DNA of 64,000 nucleotides, from NCBI RefSeq assembly GCF_009914755.1, contig NC_060947.1; one strand, 5' to 3'. Position numbers and translations under genes: made by a program. The stretch's first letter is position 1. Each line of letters starts with the position of its first letter. This document shows, piece after piece, positions 47,645 to 64,000 of the stretch. The notes below the pieces were generated by a model, which saw nothing but the letters and a program-made list of their open reading frames with translations, searched no databases and was not told the DNA's origin. This DNA comes from the human T2T-CHM13v2.0 reference genome, Homo sapiens.

Positions 47645-49699
47645 GACTTTCTTCTTTATGACTTCCCTGAAGTGTCTCACTTTCAGATCGAATCATGGCC
47701 AAAATATAAATTTTATTTAAGGACTGAAAAAATGTGTTTTGGCTATATAAAGCAACACAGATGAGAAAAAAAATCAATGTGGGTGTTTGGAGTCCAACCA
47801 ATTTTAACAGCTCAACTGAAACAGGTAAAACTGGTTTATCAATGAGAATTAATTGGCTGCTCAATGGTATTTGTATAGAAACTGAAAATGTTCATGCACA
47901 TATTCATGGCCAGAGGTAGGAAAAAGGAATTGTAATAGCGACTTTTCTCACTCTATGTACATCTCCCTACCTGTCAGCTGGTTTCAGCTTTTGTGGCTGA
48001 AAGTTAGAGGAGAGGAAAAGAAGGAGACAATATGGGAGAGAAAGAAGAGATGCATCAAAGGGATCTACAAACATACAAAACTGGGGGAGAAGAATTAGAC
48101 TCGCAGAAAGTACTGGAACTCCCTTTCAAACTCAAGTCCTGCCTATAGAGAAAATCCTAAACACAGTCCTCACAACTAACTGCCATATATTAAGTGCCTG
48201 TCATGCACATGCAATTACATATATCTATGTGTACATATTATATATATGTATATGATAGATATACACTGGAGTTTTTGATATCTTTACCATAATACAGATG
48301 AGAGAACTAAAGCTCAGAGAGGTTAACTGATTTACCCAAAGTTATGCGCCTAGCAAAATCTATAACTGAATTCAGATCCATTTGGATACAAAGCCCAAAT
48401 TCTTTCTACTGTGCCCAAAGCCTTTGCTGAAAGGACTTGCTATAAATATTTTTTAGTGACTGCCTGATCATATAGAAGCCCATGTCTGATGCAGCTTTCC
48501 CATTTTCTAGGGTGGGGTCCGCCCACAGGTCTTCACTCGATCTTTCTTATGACTGCCCCTCCCTTGCTTGTCTTTACCTACTCAAACCCTACTCATTGCT
48601 TATGGCAGATCTTAACACTTGCCCCTCTCTGCAATCTTCCCACTAGCCTAATCATACCACCCAAAACCGATGAGCAGCACTCCTCTTCAGACTCTGCATC
48701 ACAGGCTGCCCTTTATCTTTATTTAACCACTTCTTATGCTTATGCTTCCTCCCTCAAGGAGGCTGTGAGGACAGAGGACTAGACTTCCTTTGAATCCCCA
48801 AAGTCCCTGGCACCTGGCTGAGTACATAGTAGGTAATCCTTAAGGTCTGTTGACACAAGGGACCTGTTGACAATATTCCTCATTTAGAATTAGGGACACA
48901 GTGATGGAAACTGAGATTTTGGCCTCACCAGTGTTGGGGTCTAACCAGTTGAACATAGCCACCTAGACACATTTTGGTTTGAGATAATTTGTACCACTGT
49001 CCCCAAGTGAAGCATATCATGCCCTCAACTCAGCAGTAAGTGTTTTACATCGTTTGTGCTCTGATCCCCTCAGAGATGCATTTTGAAATCATCACACTAT
49101 ATCTAGCAAGGCTTGATAGAACTTAGTGAAGTTGTACTTTCACACACAAAAATGGCTCAGTTAGGTAGACACTGCCATTACCATGTGCTCAGCAGCACTA
49201 ACAGCTATTTATTAAGTGCTCACTGAGTACAGAGCACCTTATCAGGCACCAGAGGAGTTTATACCCAAGCATGTTGTCAATACTTTCACAATGCCAATTG
49301 CAGTGAAAAATATACTACTCTTAGAAAGCCCTTCTAAGTATTTTCTAGGACCCACAAAAATTTCACTGCTAAAATCCATATTTTAAAAACTCATACCAAT
49401 GTCTTTGTATTAAAACCTCTGTTCTTGCATAAGGATTTCAGTTTCATTAAGTTCTTCCTAAACTACAAATAGAAGTCAGTGATGCCACAGTCCTCCCACC
49501 CATGGATCATGGGGCAGGAACACTGTCACTCTGGTATATGCCTTTTTGGTGGCATTTTTATTGTGGCCACAAAGCAATCATAAGCAGATGGTACAACTAA
49601 CTTCTATTTGTGTCTTGTTACTAAACTTCTTATGAGAGGAAAAACTATGTGTACAGGTCAAGGGAATCTGTGGGTGTCTCTGTGCATGGCAGTGAGTCA

Positions 49700-50580
49700 G
49701 AAGCTGGCAAGGATGCAGTGAAATTGGACCTCTCCTGTCTTGCTGGTGGCAGTGAAAACTGATACATTCTCATTGAAAAGCAAATTTGGACACATGCATT
49801 TTAATTGCTCATATCCTTTGACCCAATAACTTTAGCATGTTAAGAAAATAAGCTAAGATCAGGATAAAGCACTATGTATGAGGAGGTACCTTTATTTATG
49901 ATGGCAAAAAATTTGAAGCAACCTGTATATCCAGCAAAAGCATGCTGATTAATTATGATGAATACTCAACAGAATATTATGCAGCCATGACAAATAATTA
50001 ATATAAAGATTTGTGGGGACCAGGCATGGTGGCTCACACCTGTAGTCCTAGCACTTTGCGGGGCTGATGCAGGAGGATTGCTTGAGCCCAGGAGTTTGAG
50101 ACCAGCCTGGGCAACATAGTGAGACCTCATCTCTACAAAAAAATTAAACATTAGCCAGGTATGGTGGTGCATGCCTATAGTACCAGCTACTCGGGAGGCT
50201 GAGACACGAGAATATCTTGAGCCCAGGAGGTCAAGACTGCAGTAAGCCATGACTGTGCCACTGACCTCCAGCCTGGGCAACAGAGCAAGACCATGTCTCA
50301 AAACAATACAAAACAAAACAACAATAACAAAAAGATTTGTGACAACATGGAAAAGAAAAGTGTTTCCAAGATAGTGTTAATTTTCAGAACTACAAATCAC
50401 TTGTGGATTTCTAATTATGGAAAAAGTCTGTGTGAGTGTGCCTTTCTGGACAAATATTAGAAGAGAACATGTAAAAATGAAAACAGTTGGGATAAAATAG
50501 TGGGATTGTGAGAAATATTTTTCCCTCTATTTTCCAAGCTACCCCTCAAATTGCAATATTGTCTTTATAATTTAAAAGTG
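49700..50580 (+). mobile_element. L1ME-type relic interrupted by AluJ
   Basis: ggcaaggatgcagtgaaattgg...ttgctggtggcagtgaaaactg...atcctttgacccaataa...gaatattatgcagcc. Confidence 0.65.
50017..50332 (+). mobile_element. AluJ
   Basis: J-type motif ggattgcttgagcccagg; TSD aaagatttgtg. Confidence 0.93.
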
Positions 50581-50691
50581 GGGTGAAAAATAAGGCCAGA
50601 AGTCCTTTCTAGCAGACAGACTATTTGAAGAAATAATAGCGTCTTTCCTAAAAGCCCAAGAATATAGTTTGAACAGTGGAAGCTGGCTATA

Positions 50692-50767
<76 letters not shown>

Positions 50768-50815
50768 CCCCCCCCTCTCTCTCCCCCTCTCTCTCTCCCC
50801 CTCCTCCTCTCTCTC
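50692..50815. repeat. Long (CT)n / polypyrimidine tract
   Basis: over 30 consecutive CT units followed by a C/T-only tract. Confidence 0.95.
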
Positions 50816-50849
50816 GGTTATTTCTACTTTTTATTATTATTATTTTTTA

Positions 50850-51056
<207 letters not shown>

Positions 51057-52304
51057 TCAACAGTCAGACTGACCACAAGCTCATGAGACGACCTCATGGT
51101 GCAAAAGTAGACCACTCCACATAGTGTCTATTTACAGTAAAAAAAAATTCGTTCAACAATCAACAAATATATACAACATGCTTTTTTTCCCCTAGATGTT
51201 GGGAATACAACAATGAACAAGACAGACAAGGTCTGTGTGCCCTTATTGTGCTCTCAGTCCAGTGGGGAGTCTAGAAGAGTAAGGGCCAATGACCAGGCAG
51301 AGTGATTAGAGCTGTGCTAGGGGAGGTTCAAGGTCATGACAGTGAAGCACACAGAATGAACCTTCACTGTGTGTGAGCCTTCTACTCATTTGAAGGAGAA
51401 AGATTCTTCCATGTTCTTTACCTCTTCCTTCTCCTCTTCTTCCTCCTCCCACCATTTCCTGTAGGCTCTGGAGCTGGGTATCTATTCAGGAGACTTTCTC
51501 AAATCACTTTCACCATAAATTATACCTGTCAGCTTCCCTCTGCGTTCTCCATGAGAGGAGAGAACACCAGCCCAAGGGAAGATTTTAATGTGCTCCTGTA
51601 GGATAAACCATAGGCTTTACTCCAGAATTGAAGTTTCAAGGTAGCAATGGACATCCTCACCATCATGAGAAGGGTAACTATTTAAAGTACTAGGCAATTC
51701 TGCCTTCCAGTGTGGGGTTTTGCCAACTTCAACTGGGACAGTGATTCACAAATGAGGTGGTTTCCTTGTTGGTTCCAGACCTCTACATAGAAGTATTCCT
51801 CATTTTGCGAAACAAAGCAAACAAGAAACAGATTTCATTTATTCCTTTTGCTTTCATCATGTGGAAATACCAGAACACCATTGCCAAAGAGAGAAAAAGG
51901 TTTTGAGCTCTTTTTTACTTGCTCCTGATCCTGATAATGGAATGCTTTCTTAAAGAAATGAAAAGATTCCCAGGGCTTTTGCTCTCTCATTATATACTTT
52001 TTTTTTTCAATTACAATAGGGTAGCCAGGGTTATAAGGGCAAAATTGATATCTGTAACTCATATTTTTAATTACAAAATAATAATGTTCATTGTAAACAA
52101 TTTAAGAAGTACAAAAATAAACAAGGCATAAAGTAAAAGTTGCCCCATCAATCTGTCTTTCCAAGAGTGGACCATGGTCAACAGTTTGATATACATGTAG
52201 AGGTTTTCACCTACATATACTAATAGGTAATTTTAACCAAAATTGGAATGATACTACTCATACTGATTTGCAACTTTGTATCACTTAATATACATACTTT
52301 GGAC

Positions 52305-53959
<1,655 letters not shown>

Positions 53960-54092
53960 TAGCCGGGCGTGGTGGTGCACACCTTTGGATGCTGCAGTGT
54001 TGAGCCCGGGAGGTCAAGGCTGCAGTGAGCTGTGCTCTAGCCTGGGTGACAGAGTGAGACCCTGTCTCAAAACAAAAATTAAAACTAAATAA
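53960..54092 (+). mobile_element. AluJ right arm (second half of the split Alu, with internal deletions)
   Basis: tagccgggcgtggtgg...gaggtcaaggctgcagtgagc...gagaccctgtctcaaaa; followed by TSD atactttggac at 54093-54103. Confidence 0.85.
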
Positions 54093-55119
54093 ATACTTTG
54101 GACATATTTTCATGTTAGAACACATGGAAATGCCTTGTTCTTATTCCTCTGTATGGCTCAGTAGCAACTTCTTTATCCAATGCCTTACTGATTAACAGTA
54201 ATTTGTAATATTTTGTTAATATAAACAATGCTGCAGAGAACATCCTTGTATACTGATTTTCACACACTGGCATTTATATCTATAAAGGATAAATTTATAG
54301 ATTTTGAGTCAATTTATATTTCTAATCCCAAGTTATGAAGTACAAAGAATAATTAACATTACCATATTTTTGTACAGCACTTTACAAAGCAGTTTCATAT
54401 CACTCAGCTCATTTGAGCTTCTCAACCACACTGTGAAGTTGAGAGGTAGATAGGGCATTAGCTCTTTATTACTGAAAATTAGATAGGGCATTATTTCTTT
54501 ATTACTAAAAATTTCACAACTTCAGAACATACTAATCTCATTCTATTAGATGTCCCCGTCCATGATACAATATATCTGCCAATATTAAGGACATACTTAG
54601 AAAAACATGCATGCTAACAGAGGAGGTCAGGAAATCTAGTTCTGACATTCATAATTAAAAGTCATCCTCTGAGAAGGAAAATATTTTGTAGCAAAGATGC
54701 TGAAGAGCACATTTGATTGCATTTCTTCTAAAATGATAGCTTAACACATTCAGATTATTTAACTTTAAAAGTTAACTCATGAATACACAGATCACCAATC
54801 ATCAAATACCAATTGCCTTTGGGGGCTGTGTTAAAGAGACATAAAGGAACATTCTTTATCTGGTGGGTATCAGCTCACTACTAGCCTCCTCTTTTATGTT
54901 CATATAATGCGGTCTGTTTAAATATCATTCATCTTCTGATGATACTACCAACTCCATCTTCTCTTCTTTAACTCCTACTGATGCCTGAAGCAGAGACCCT
55001 ATTTGCAGATAAAGAGGTAAGGCTCATTATAAATCTTCTGAAATGAACTTCAGGAATGTGTCCCTAGAGACATATCCTTGGTCTTTTTCATATCAAAGCT
55101 TGCCAACCACTTTTATGTC

Positions 55120-55560
55120 CACTTCTATAAAACAAGCGTCTTCCCAAAGCTTCTTATCCTCATTGGAATAGTGTAAAGACATCTGCCAACTTAGCGATTT
55201 TGCCCCGTACTCCAGCTTCCAAAACCATTATAAATATTAAATCAAATTAATCCCACAGCTGATCCTTTGTGGTCCTACTGTATTATTTTCTGTCATTCAG
55301 AAAAGTGCCCCTTTAGCTATGTATTTTTTTAAATTTCTTATCTCGCAGCCATGGATAAAGTGCCAGGACTAAACACTGCTCCCTGATCCCACAGTGACTC
55401 CATTTTTAAAAGACAGTTTTGGGTTTAGAAGCTTGCCAAACTTTTTGAAAGTTGAAATAGCATCTACTGTTCTGCTCTATCCATGTGCTATTTAAATCCT
55501 CAAAGGACTCTAGCAAATTAAGCATGGTTTCTGGTTACAGAAGTGTTGGGAATAGCTGCC
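55120..55560 (-). mobile_element. Ancient CR1-clade LINE relic (RT core)
   Basis: minus strand 55181-55222 reads LEAGVRGKIAKLAD (compare CR1 DLExGVxxxISKFADD); degenerate PQGS-like and VDAI..F.K motifs lie upstream in RT order. Confidence 0.6.
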
Positions 55561-56174
55561 CTGTGGCTTAGGCCTAAAGCTTGCCATTTTTGCATCTACT
55601 TCACAAGGCAGTAACCAAAAGTCCTGGTCCAACTGATGCCTATAGTTGCTTAAGTTTAGTGGCACTATTTAAAAACTCTGTGTTCTTGCACTATCCTTTA
55701 GGTATCTTGATACCTCTCCCACAGCTCTCAATACTTTTTTCTGTTTCTCATGTCTCTATCCTTTGCTCCTTAGCCAGACAAAATATTGAACCAAATTTTA
55801 AAAGTAATCAGTGTTAGAATGAAATACTATGAGCACATTAATAGGGCAAAGTAGATCTGTATGTGTTGATATGGAATCAAGTACGAGATACATTATAACA
55901 GATACAAATAGCAGCATCTGCAGTGAAAATGGGTCTACATTTGCATTACTCTTATATACTCTATACATGTTCAAATATGCCCAGAAAAATTTTAGATGGA
56001 TATATAAGAAAAGGATAAGAGCAGTCACTTTCAGTGAGTGAGAATAGGGAGATGCTAGTGAAATCTTATTTTTTTATATCCTTCTATATTTTAAAATATT
56101 TTTTACCATGACCATTTTTAATCTTTATAATAGTTTAATATATAACGAATGAGATTTTATATAGCAGTTAATTA

Positions 56175-56425
56175 AAATGTTTTTCCAGCTTTCTTGAGGT
56201 AGAATCGATAAAAGTTAAATACATGTACACTTCCGATGTGATGTTTTGATATATGTACTCATTGTTAAACGATTATGCCAAACCAGCTAATTAACCTATT
56301 CATCACCTCACATAATTATCTTTATTTTTGTGGTGAGAACATTTAAGAACTACTCTTTTAGTGAATCTGAAATATACAATATAGTATTCTTTAATATAGT
56401 CACCATATTATACATTATATTCCTA
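56175..56425 (-). mobile_element. L1MA-type 3' end fragment
   Basis: ccagctttcttgaggtag...catcacctcacataattatc...gtggtgagaacatttaag. Confidence 0.75.
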
Positions 56426-56699
56426 GGCATTAGTTGTTTTAAAGGCAAAAGAGAACAAAACAAAAGAAAAACAAAAAGTGGGCCTGACTCAGATGCACAT
56501 CTCAGGGCCTCTGGGAAATCCTTCCTGTTAATAAGAGTTATGTTGGCAATCACCAATGTCCTTCCTTAAAGGTGCTTTCTTATGACAGAACACATATTTG
56601 GGGCAATGTTCACAATGTCACCCTTGAGTTCCTTCAAACCTTAGGTGGTTGACATCAGGTCACCAAGTCAACTTTGTTAGGTTAAATATAGCCCATATT

Positions 56700-57338
<639 letters not shown>

Positions 57339-59718
57339 CTATTTTCTACTCTTCAATGAGGTAACTCCGACCTGCCTATTTCAAAAAGATAGTATATTAG
57401 TGAGGATGTGAACATGAATGTAAATTATCAGTTGTACCCTCCCTCAAAACAGAGGCAAAGAACATATTCAAGTTCTCACTACCTTTTCCTGTAGATGCCT
57501 GAAGTCCTCACCTGATGAGAATTGAGGGCCTCCCTGAACCACCCTGAGTCATGCTGACCTCACTGCTCTCGCATTGAAATGTACTGTGGGCACTGCCCTG
57601 AGTTGCTAGTGCTCCTTTTATGTATATTCCATTTGCCACCCCATGTACTCTGTGAGGTCTTTGAAGGCAGAGGCTTGGTTAGTTTTTTTTTTTTTTAAAT
57701 CACCCAAAGCACCTCATGGTACTTATACTAGCTGTCAGTTACTGAGTGCTTTCTCTGTGCCAGATACTGTTCGAAGCACTGAAGAAAAAGAAAACATGAA
57801 CTTAATCCTCCTGACTACCCTATTGGCAGCCTGTTTTTGCTGCTGCTGAGGCACAGAGAAGGTAGGTCACTTGCCTAAAGTCACACAGCTTGTCTGCAGC
57901 AGAGCTGGAGTGTGAACTTTGAGAATCCATCTCCAGCTGTGTGGGTTCCATCTCCAGCTGTGTGGGTTCTTAACCACTATGCTGGTCTTGCTTTCTTAGA
58001 GAGAAATGATGTTGACTAAATATTTGACATTTCCTCACCACCCTGCTACATTGCTTCCTTGTAGGAAACAATGGATGAGCTGCTTATATTGGTCTACAAG
58101 GCTCCCAGCAGCATCGCCACAAAGCTCTCTTGGCCTACTCAGCAAGATTCTTGGACTTGCCCTTTAAGAGCCCCTGGAGAGAGCCCTGTGTATAGGGTTT
58201 CTTCTCTTACACAGAGATACGACAGTATGGCTATTTAATAGCCATACTTTGGGAGGCCAGGGTGGGCAGGTCAAAGCCATTCAGTGACATACTTGTGTTC
58301 TTGGGAGACAAGGTGTTGAAGTTAGAGAAATAAATAATCCACCACCACCACCATCCATGCCACTAGACACATACGAAAGACTATTTGAAGATTTCAACTG
58401 TCTAAGGACAATAGGAAAACAAATGCAGCATAACAATGTCTTAGTGCATCCCCTGCCTTTGTCATCTTGGCTACAGCAAGGCAACATGTGTGATGTGCCC
58501 CTGGGGAATTTCATGTAACATGTGTGCTCTGAGCTTCAAGCCCAGAGGGAAGTCAATCGATGAAGGGTGCCTCTGCAGCTTTGCATTAATTCATTAATTC
58601 AGCATTTCATTTCCTCAGGCTAGCTCTGTGCCACTGGAGCACGTGGTTCACGACAGGCCTTGAATGAGGATGAGCCAGCGTGGCCCCAATTCTTCTTATC
58701 CACAGACTGCCCAGAGGATGTCAGGAATGGGGACACTGTTGGCCATGGGGGATTGTAACAATGGGTTAGCTACTTAGTAATACTCATCTGTAATTAAATT
58801 GTCCTCCTCTGCAAAATGCTGCTTCTCTACTGAGGCTTTGACATGGTTCTGGCAATGAATACTAGCAAGTGGAGGAGGAAAAATAAACTGAGAGATGTTC
58901 CTACCTCCCAAATCTAATGTTTTCTTAACTGGACATGCTATGTTGGATGTTAGAAGTGTTACCTTACATGCGGCGTCTTCTTCTTTATCCAGTTTGGTAA
59001 CTGTTTAGCACAAAGATGACTGTCATAATACTAAGAAAATCCTATTTGTGAAGTGAAAAGGGGGACATGCTTCTGTTCAGGCAGATTGGTTAGGGATTGC
59101 GGAGGGGGTTGGGGAGAGCAGGGAAAAACCTGCGCAAAAGCCATAAACAGAAAAGGAACCTCATTAAAACAGGACATCTGGGCATGCTTGTCTTGGGACA
59201 GTTGAAGCAAAGAGAGCACTTGTAGAAGAGGAATAGAGTCAAACAAGCGTAAAATAGGCGATCTTTTCTTCTCATTTCTGTTCTGGCTGAGGCAGCAATG
59301 TTGTAGTGGAGGGAAATCAACAAATTCAAATGTAGATCATTTGAAATGGAAGCACTCTCAGCGATCATCTGGTCCAATCCACTCACTGTGTAGAGGAAGA
59401 ATCTGATACCCAGACAGGGACATTTGTAACAACACATAGGGTTAGTATCACAAGTCCCACATTTAGAAGAAATGCCTTTCTTTAAAAGGTCTCTCAAACA
59501 GATCTTGCTGATTTTTGACACTTGCTAGTACTGATTTAGGACAAGGGAACTGCTAGAAAATTCACTTTCCTTCTTCCCTTAAGTATCAGAATGGTTCCAA
59601 GTGCTTGAGAGCCAATCAGAAGGACTAGGTCCCCACCAAAAAAAATTTGATTTCACAAAAGTTTAATATGCTGCCCAGCTATGTATGGCTAAAAATGTTA
59701 GAGATCTCACATTCTCAG

Positions 59719-59751
59719 AGCGCCATCTTATGGACACGATTCAGTATTGCA
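59719..59751 (-). promoter_or_regulatory. Candidate CTCF site with upstream motif, overlapping a YY1-like core
   Basis: minus strand TGCAATACT-N6-TGTCCATAAGATGGCGCT; motif match only. Confidence 0.5.
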
Positions 59752-60064
59752 TGTAATCCCTAACTCAGTGATTTATCTGTTTCCTTGGAACGCATTCTGG
59801 CCACAACAATCACTGTGGGAAAAACTGGATAATTTAAAGAGCATAAATAGCTTTAAAGACAAACCAGAAAACAGGGTAGAAAAACCATCCTATTAAGAGG
59901 CCTAAGAAAACGTCCTTTTCTTTATCCATGATACAGTGTTAATTTACATAAATGCACAGTAAAATAAAGCAAAGGTGAAAAGAGCTGAGATTTGTAAATG
60001 TGCTTAATAAAGACAGAAACAATTAGCTTCTTCTTTATTTATGCACATATCTAAATAAAAATGT

Positions 60065-60599
<535 letters not shown>

Positions 60600-60793
60600 T
60601 GTCTTTCATAATTGTTTGCATAGCAGTACTACTTCAGAGCCAATGTTAAGCTACGAGGGTGCTAGAAACAGATATATCCACTTTACTCCAAGAAGTACCT
60701 GTGTTCTCCAACAACAGCCTTTCAGAAATTACAAGTAGATTTCAGTAGAGAGGAAGCAAAATCTAGGAAAGAAACCCAGGGCATGTAAATCTG

Positions 60794-61043
60794 TTTCTCT
60801 TTCTTTTTCTTTTCTTTTTTTATTATACTTTAAGTGTGCAGGTTTGTTACATATGTATACATGTGCCATATTGGTTTGCTGCACCCATTAACTTGTCATT
60901 TACATTAGGTATTTCTCCTAATGCTATCCTTCCCCCATTCCCCCATCCCACGCCAGGCCCCGGTGTGTGATGTTCCCTGCCCTGTGTCCAAGTGTTCTCA
61001 TTGTTCAATTCCCACCTATGAGTGAGAACATGCGGTGTTTGGT
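60794..61043 (-). mobile_element. 5'-truncated L1PA 3' end
   Basis: T-rich tail then attatactttaag...tacattaggtatttctcctaatgctatcc...gagaacatgcggtgtttggt. Confidence 0.92.
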
Positions 61044-61717
61044 GATATAAACCTATTTCTATATTTCCGTTAGTAGCCATTAGCTATATGAGGGAATAAC
61101 TGCATTAGAATCTGTTTACAGTGCAGTCTCCAACCTTACTTTGAGGAGGGACTAAAAGATTTGTCTTGGTACATAATCAGGAAGCCACTGAAACCCAGAG
61201 AAGCAAAGAATATTTTTCAGATGGTGAGGAAAGAGTGAGAGGTTAGTATTACCCACTACAAGGAGAAGAGTCTGTGGCTGTAGGGAACAGTCCCCCAGCA
61301 GAAAGGGGAAGGTAATGAGAAAATGCTTGAGATGAGGTCACCTGAATGTTAGTCTGAAGAAACCAACTTTGCAGAAGAGGCTAGAGATAAAGAGAGAGAA
61401 AAGTAAATAAGCACAGCAAAAGTGATTCTTGTGAGAATCGCAAGCTAGGCAGAGCCCAAAGTGTAAGCAAGCTGGTGAGAACTAAACATGGCGGTCAGGA
61501 CACTAGGCCAGAGCAGTGTCTCTCTGATGGCTGTCCTTGAGGGGAACACACAAATGAGGAGAGGACTCCAACTGTGTTTAAAAACAGAGAAAGAAAAAGG
61601 TGTAATTCAAAGCTCAGTAATCGGGGGTGGGGAATAACAGAACAAGGAGTGTGGTAGAGACTTCTTATTCAATCACCCCAAACTCGTTTACCAAGTCCTT
61701 CTAGTCCAGAGAACTAG

Positions 61718-62079
<362 letters not shown>

Positions 62080-62080
62080 C

Positions 62081-62369
62081 TGTTTGTTTTTAAGATGGAG
62101 TCTTGCTCTGTTGCCCAGGCTGGAGTGCAATGGCGCAATCTCGGCTCCCTGCAACCTCTGCCTCCTGGGTTCAAGCAATTCTCTGCCTCAGCCTCCCAAG
62201 TAGCTGGGATTACAGGCGCACACCACCATGCCTGGCTAATTTTTGTATTTTTAGTAGAGACGGGGTTTCACCATCTTGGCTAGGCTGGTCTTGAACTCCG
62301 ACCTCGTGATCCACCTGCCTCGGCCTCCCAAAGTGCTGGGATTACAGGCGTGAGCCACTGCACCCAGCC
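62081..62369 (-). mobile_element. AluS
   Basis: full dimer; outer TSD tctttacct surrounds both tandem Alus. Confidence 0.93.
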
Positions 62370-62744
62370 TCTTTACCTATTTTTAAGTTAGATTTTAATT
62401 GATGAAAATATCAGGGTTAGAAAGGACCTTCAAAGTCATTCAGCCCAATGTTCTCCTCTTACAGAGGGGCAAACTGAGGCCCAGAGGCCAAATAACAGCA
62501 ACTAAAGTTATTATTGGCATCACTGCTAGTGAGACAGGAATGAAGCTGTTACCTCCCCCAAATAGAATAGCAAAGAACAAGGGGGCAAGGAACTAGTCAC
62601 ATACCTCAACAACATGAGGGCATTGTGTGAAGGTAACTGACGTTCAAAATAATGATCAATAATTGTTGTAAGAGATTAAGTTCGGTTTGGCAGTCATAGT
62701 TTACTGAGGCAGCAAGTACATAATACATTTTAGGGAGGAAGAGT

Positions 62745-62995
62745 CACGTGGTGGAAAGAGCACTGGCCTTGGAGTCAGAGACATGGGTTCAAAGCTGGTG
62801 CCCCCACCTGCTGTGTGACTTTTGATAAATAGTGAAACCTTGCCGAACTTGAGTTTCCTCATCTATAAAATAGGAATAATGCCACCTGCACTGTTTTGAG
62901 AATTATTTGATATAATGAATGTTAGCAAATTGAGATAACGTGCTTAAGACAATGCCAGGCACATAGAAAGTTCTATATGAGGGCTGCTGTTATTA
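62745..62995 (+). mobile_element. MIR
   Basis: gtggtggaaagagcactggccttggagtcagagacatgggttcaaa...gagtttcctcatctataaaatagg. Confidence 0.85.
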
Positions 62996-63075
62996 TTTTT
63001 ATCACGTGAAAGCACCAAACACAGCATCTCAAATGCAGTAGATGTTCAATAAAGGTTATTTGAAAAGAATCCCCT

Positions 63076-63376
<301 letters not shown>

Positions 63377-64000
63377 AGCTTCCTGAGAGAGAAGAAATAA
63401 ACCTTGCAATGAATAGCCAAGGGAAGCTTCAAATCCCTTCATCCCCACATTGAGAACTTAAGAAGTGGAAGAGTCTCAGTTCTCTTATTTTGGTCCTCGG
63501 TAAAGTATGGGTCAAGGCATGAGTAGGAATGGCTTATCATCAGGGAAAATGGGCAAGGGAAAAAGCACTGGAACTTTCTTTGCCATCGCGATTGAGCAAT
63601 GATGTGTGAATGGCTGGCTCTGAGCATTTAAGCCTAGCTGAGAGGAACTTTTTAGCAGAGGTGCCCTCCCAAACCTTCCAGGAGACAGGGCATCATCTGA
63701 GGGGGAAATGACCAGAAAGGGCTTCAAACGGCTCAAAATTAATTTTAGTTCACAGAAGAACTAATCATTCACCTGTGGCCCAGGGCAACCCTCCAAAGTT
63801 TCCTGAGTGACCAGCTTTGGGTGTCAGAAGCCTGTTCCCCTCCCTCCTTCTCCCACAGTTCATATTCCTCCTCTCAGTGATAGAAAATATTCTGCTTCCA
63901 CTTTGGATACTGTCACAAGTAATGAATTAGATGACTCTTGAAAATGCCCACACGCTTTTTCAAATCTCTCTGCTCAGAACACTGCTTTGTTTGTCTCCAG

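Noticed and set aside
47544-47864. Poly-Asp and poly-His ORFs
   Set aside because: Produced by the (CAT)n microsatellite.
63975-64000. Acceptor-like window end (ctttgtttgtctccag)
   Set aside because: No downstream sequence is available to test for an exon.

Overview
Primate (human-like) non-coding genomic DNA, intronic or intergenic and rich in repeats. I found no intact protein-coding gene; nearly all listed ORFs come from L1 or Alu sequence or are chance. The window holds a full-length but inactivated L1PA5/6-type element with a clear TSD (10310-16450), an older L1MB-type element (~2840-8963) with nested insertions, a MER4-type solo LTR, two MER30 transposons, about 25 Alus, many MIR/L2/L1M relics, ancient CR1/L3 reverse-transcriptase relics, and an RPS24 processed pseudogene (60065-60599). 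I see no new biological system. The most unusual items are two apparently retrotransposed orphan inserts of mostly unique, 3'UTR-like sequence. One is ~1.5 kb and splits an AluJ in half (52433-53959; AATAAA, A17 tail, nested TSDs). The other is ~1.4 kb and splits the old L1 (6183-7559, minus strand). There are also several templated-insertion or template-switch scars and a CTCF-like site with an upstream motif. Repeat subfamily names and comparisons to consensus are from memory and need RepeatMasker/Dfam confirmation. Boundaries of old repeats are approximate.
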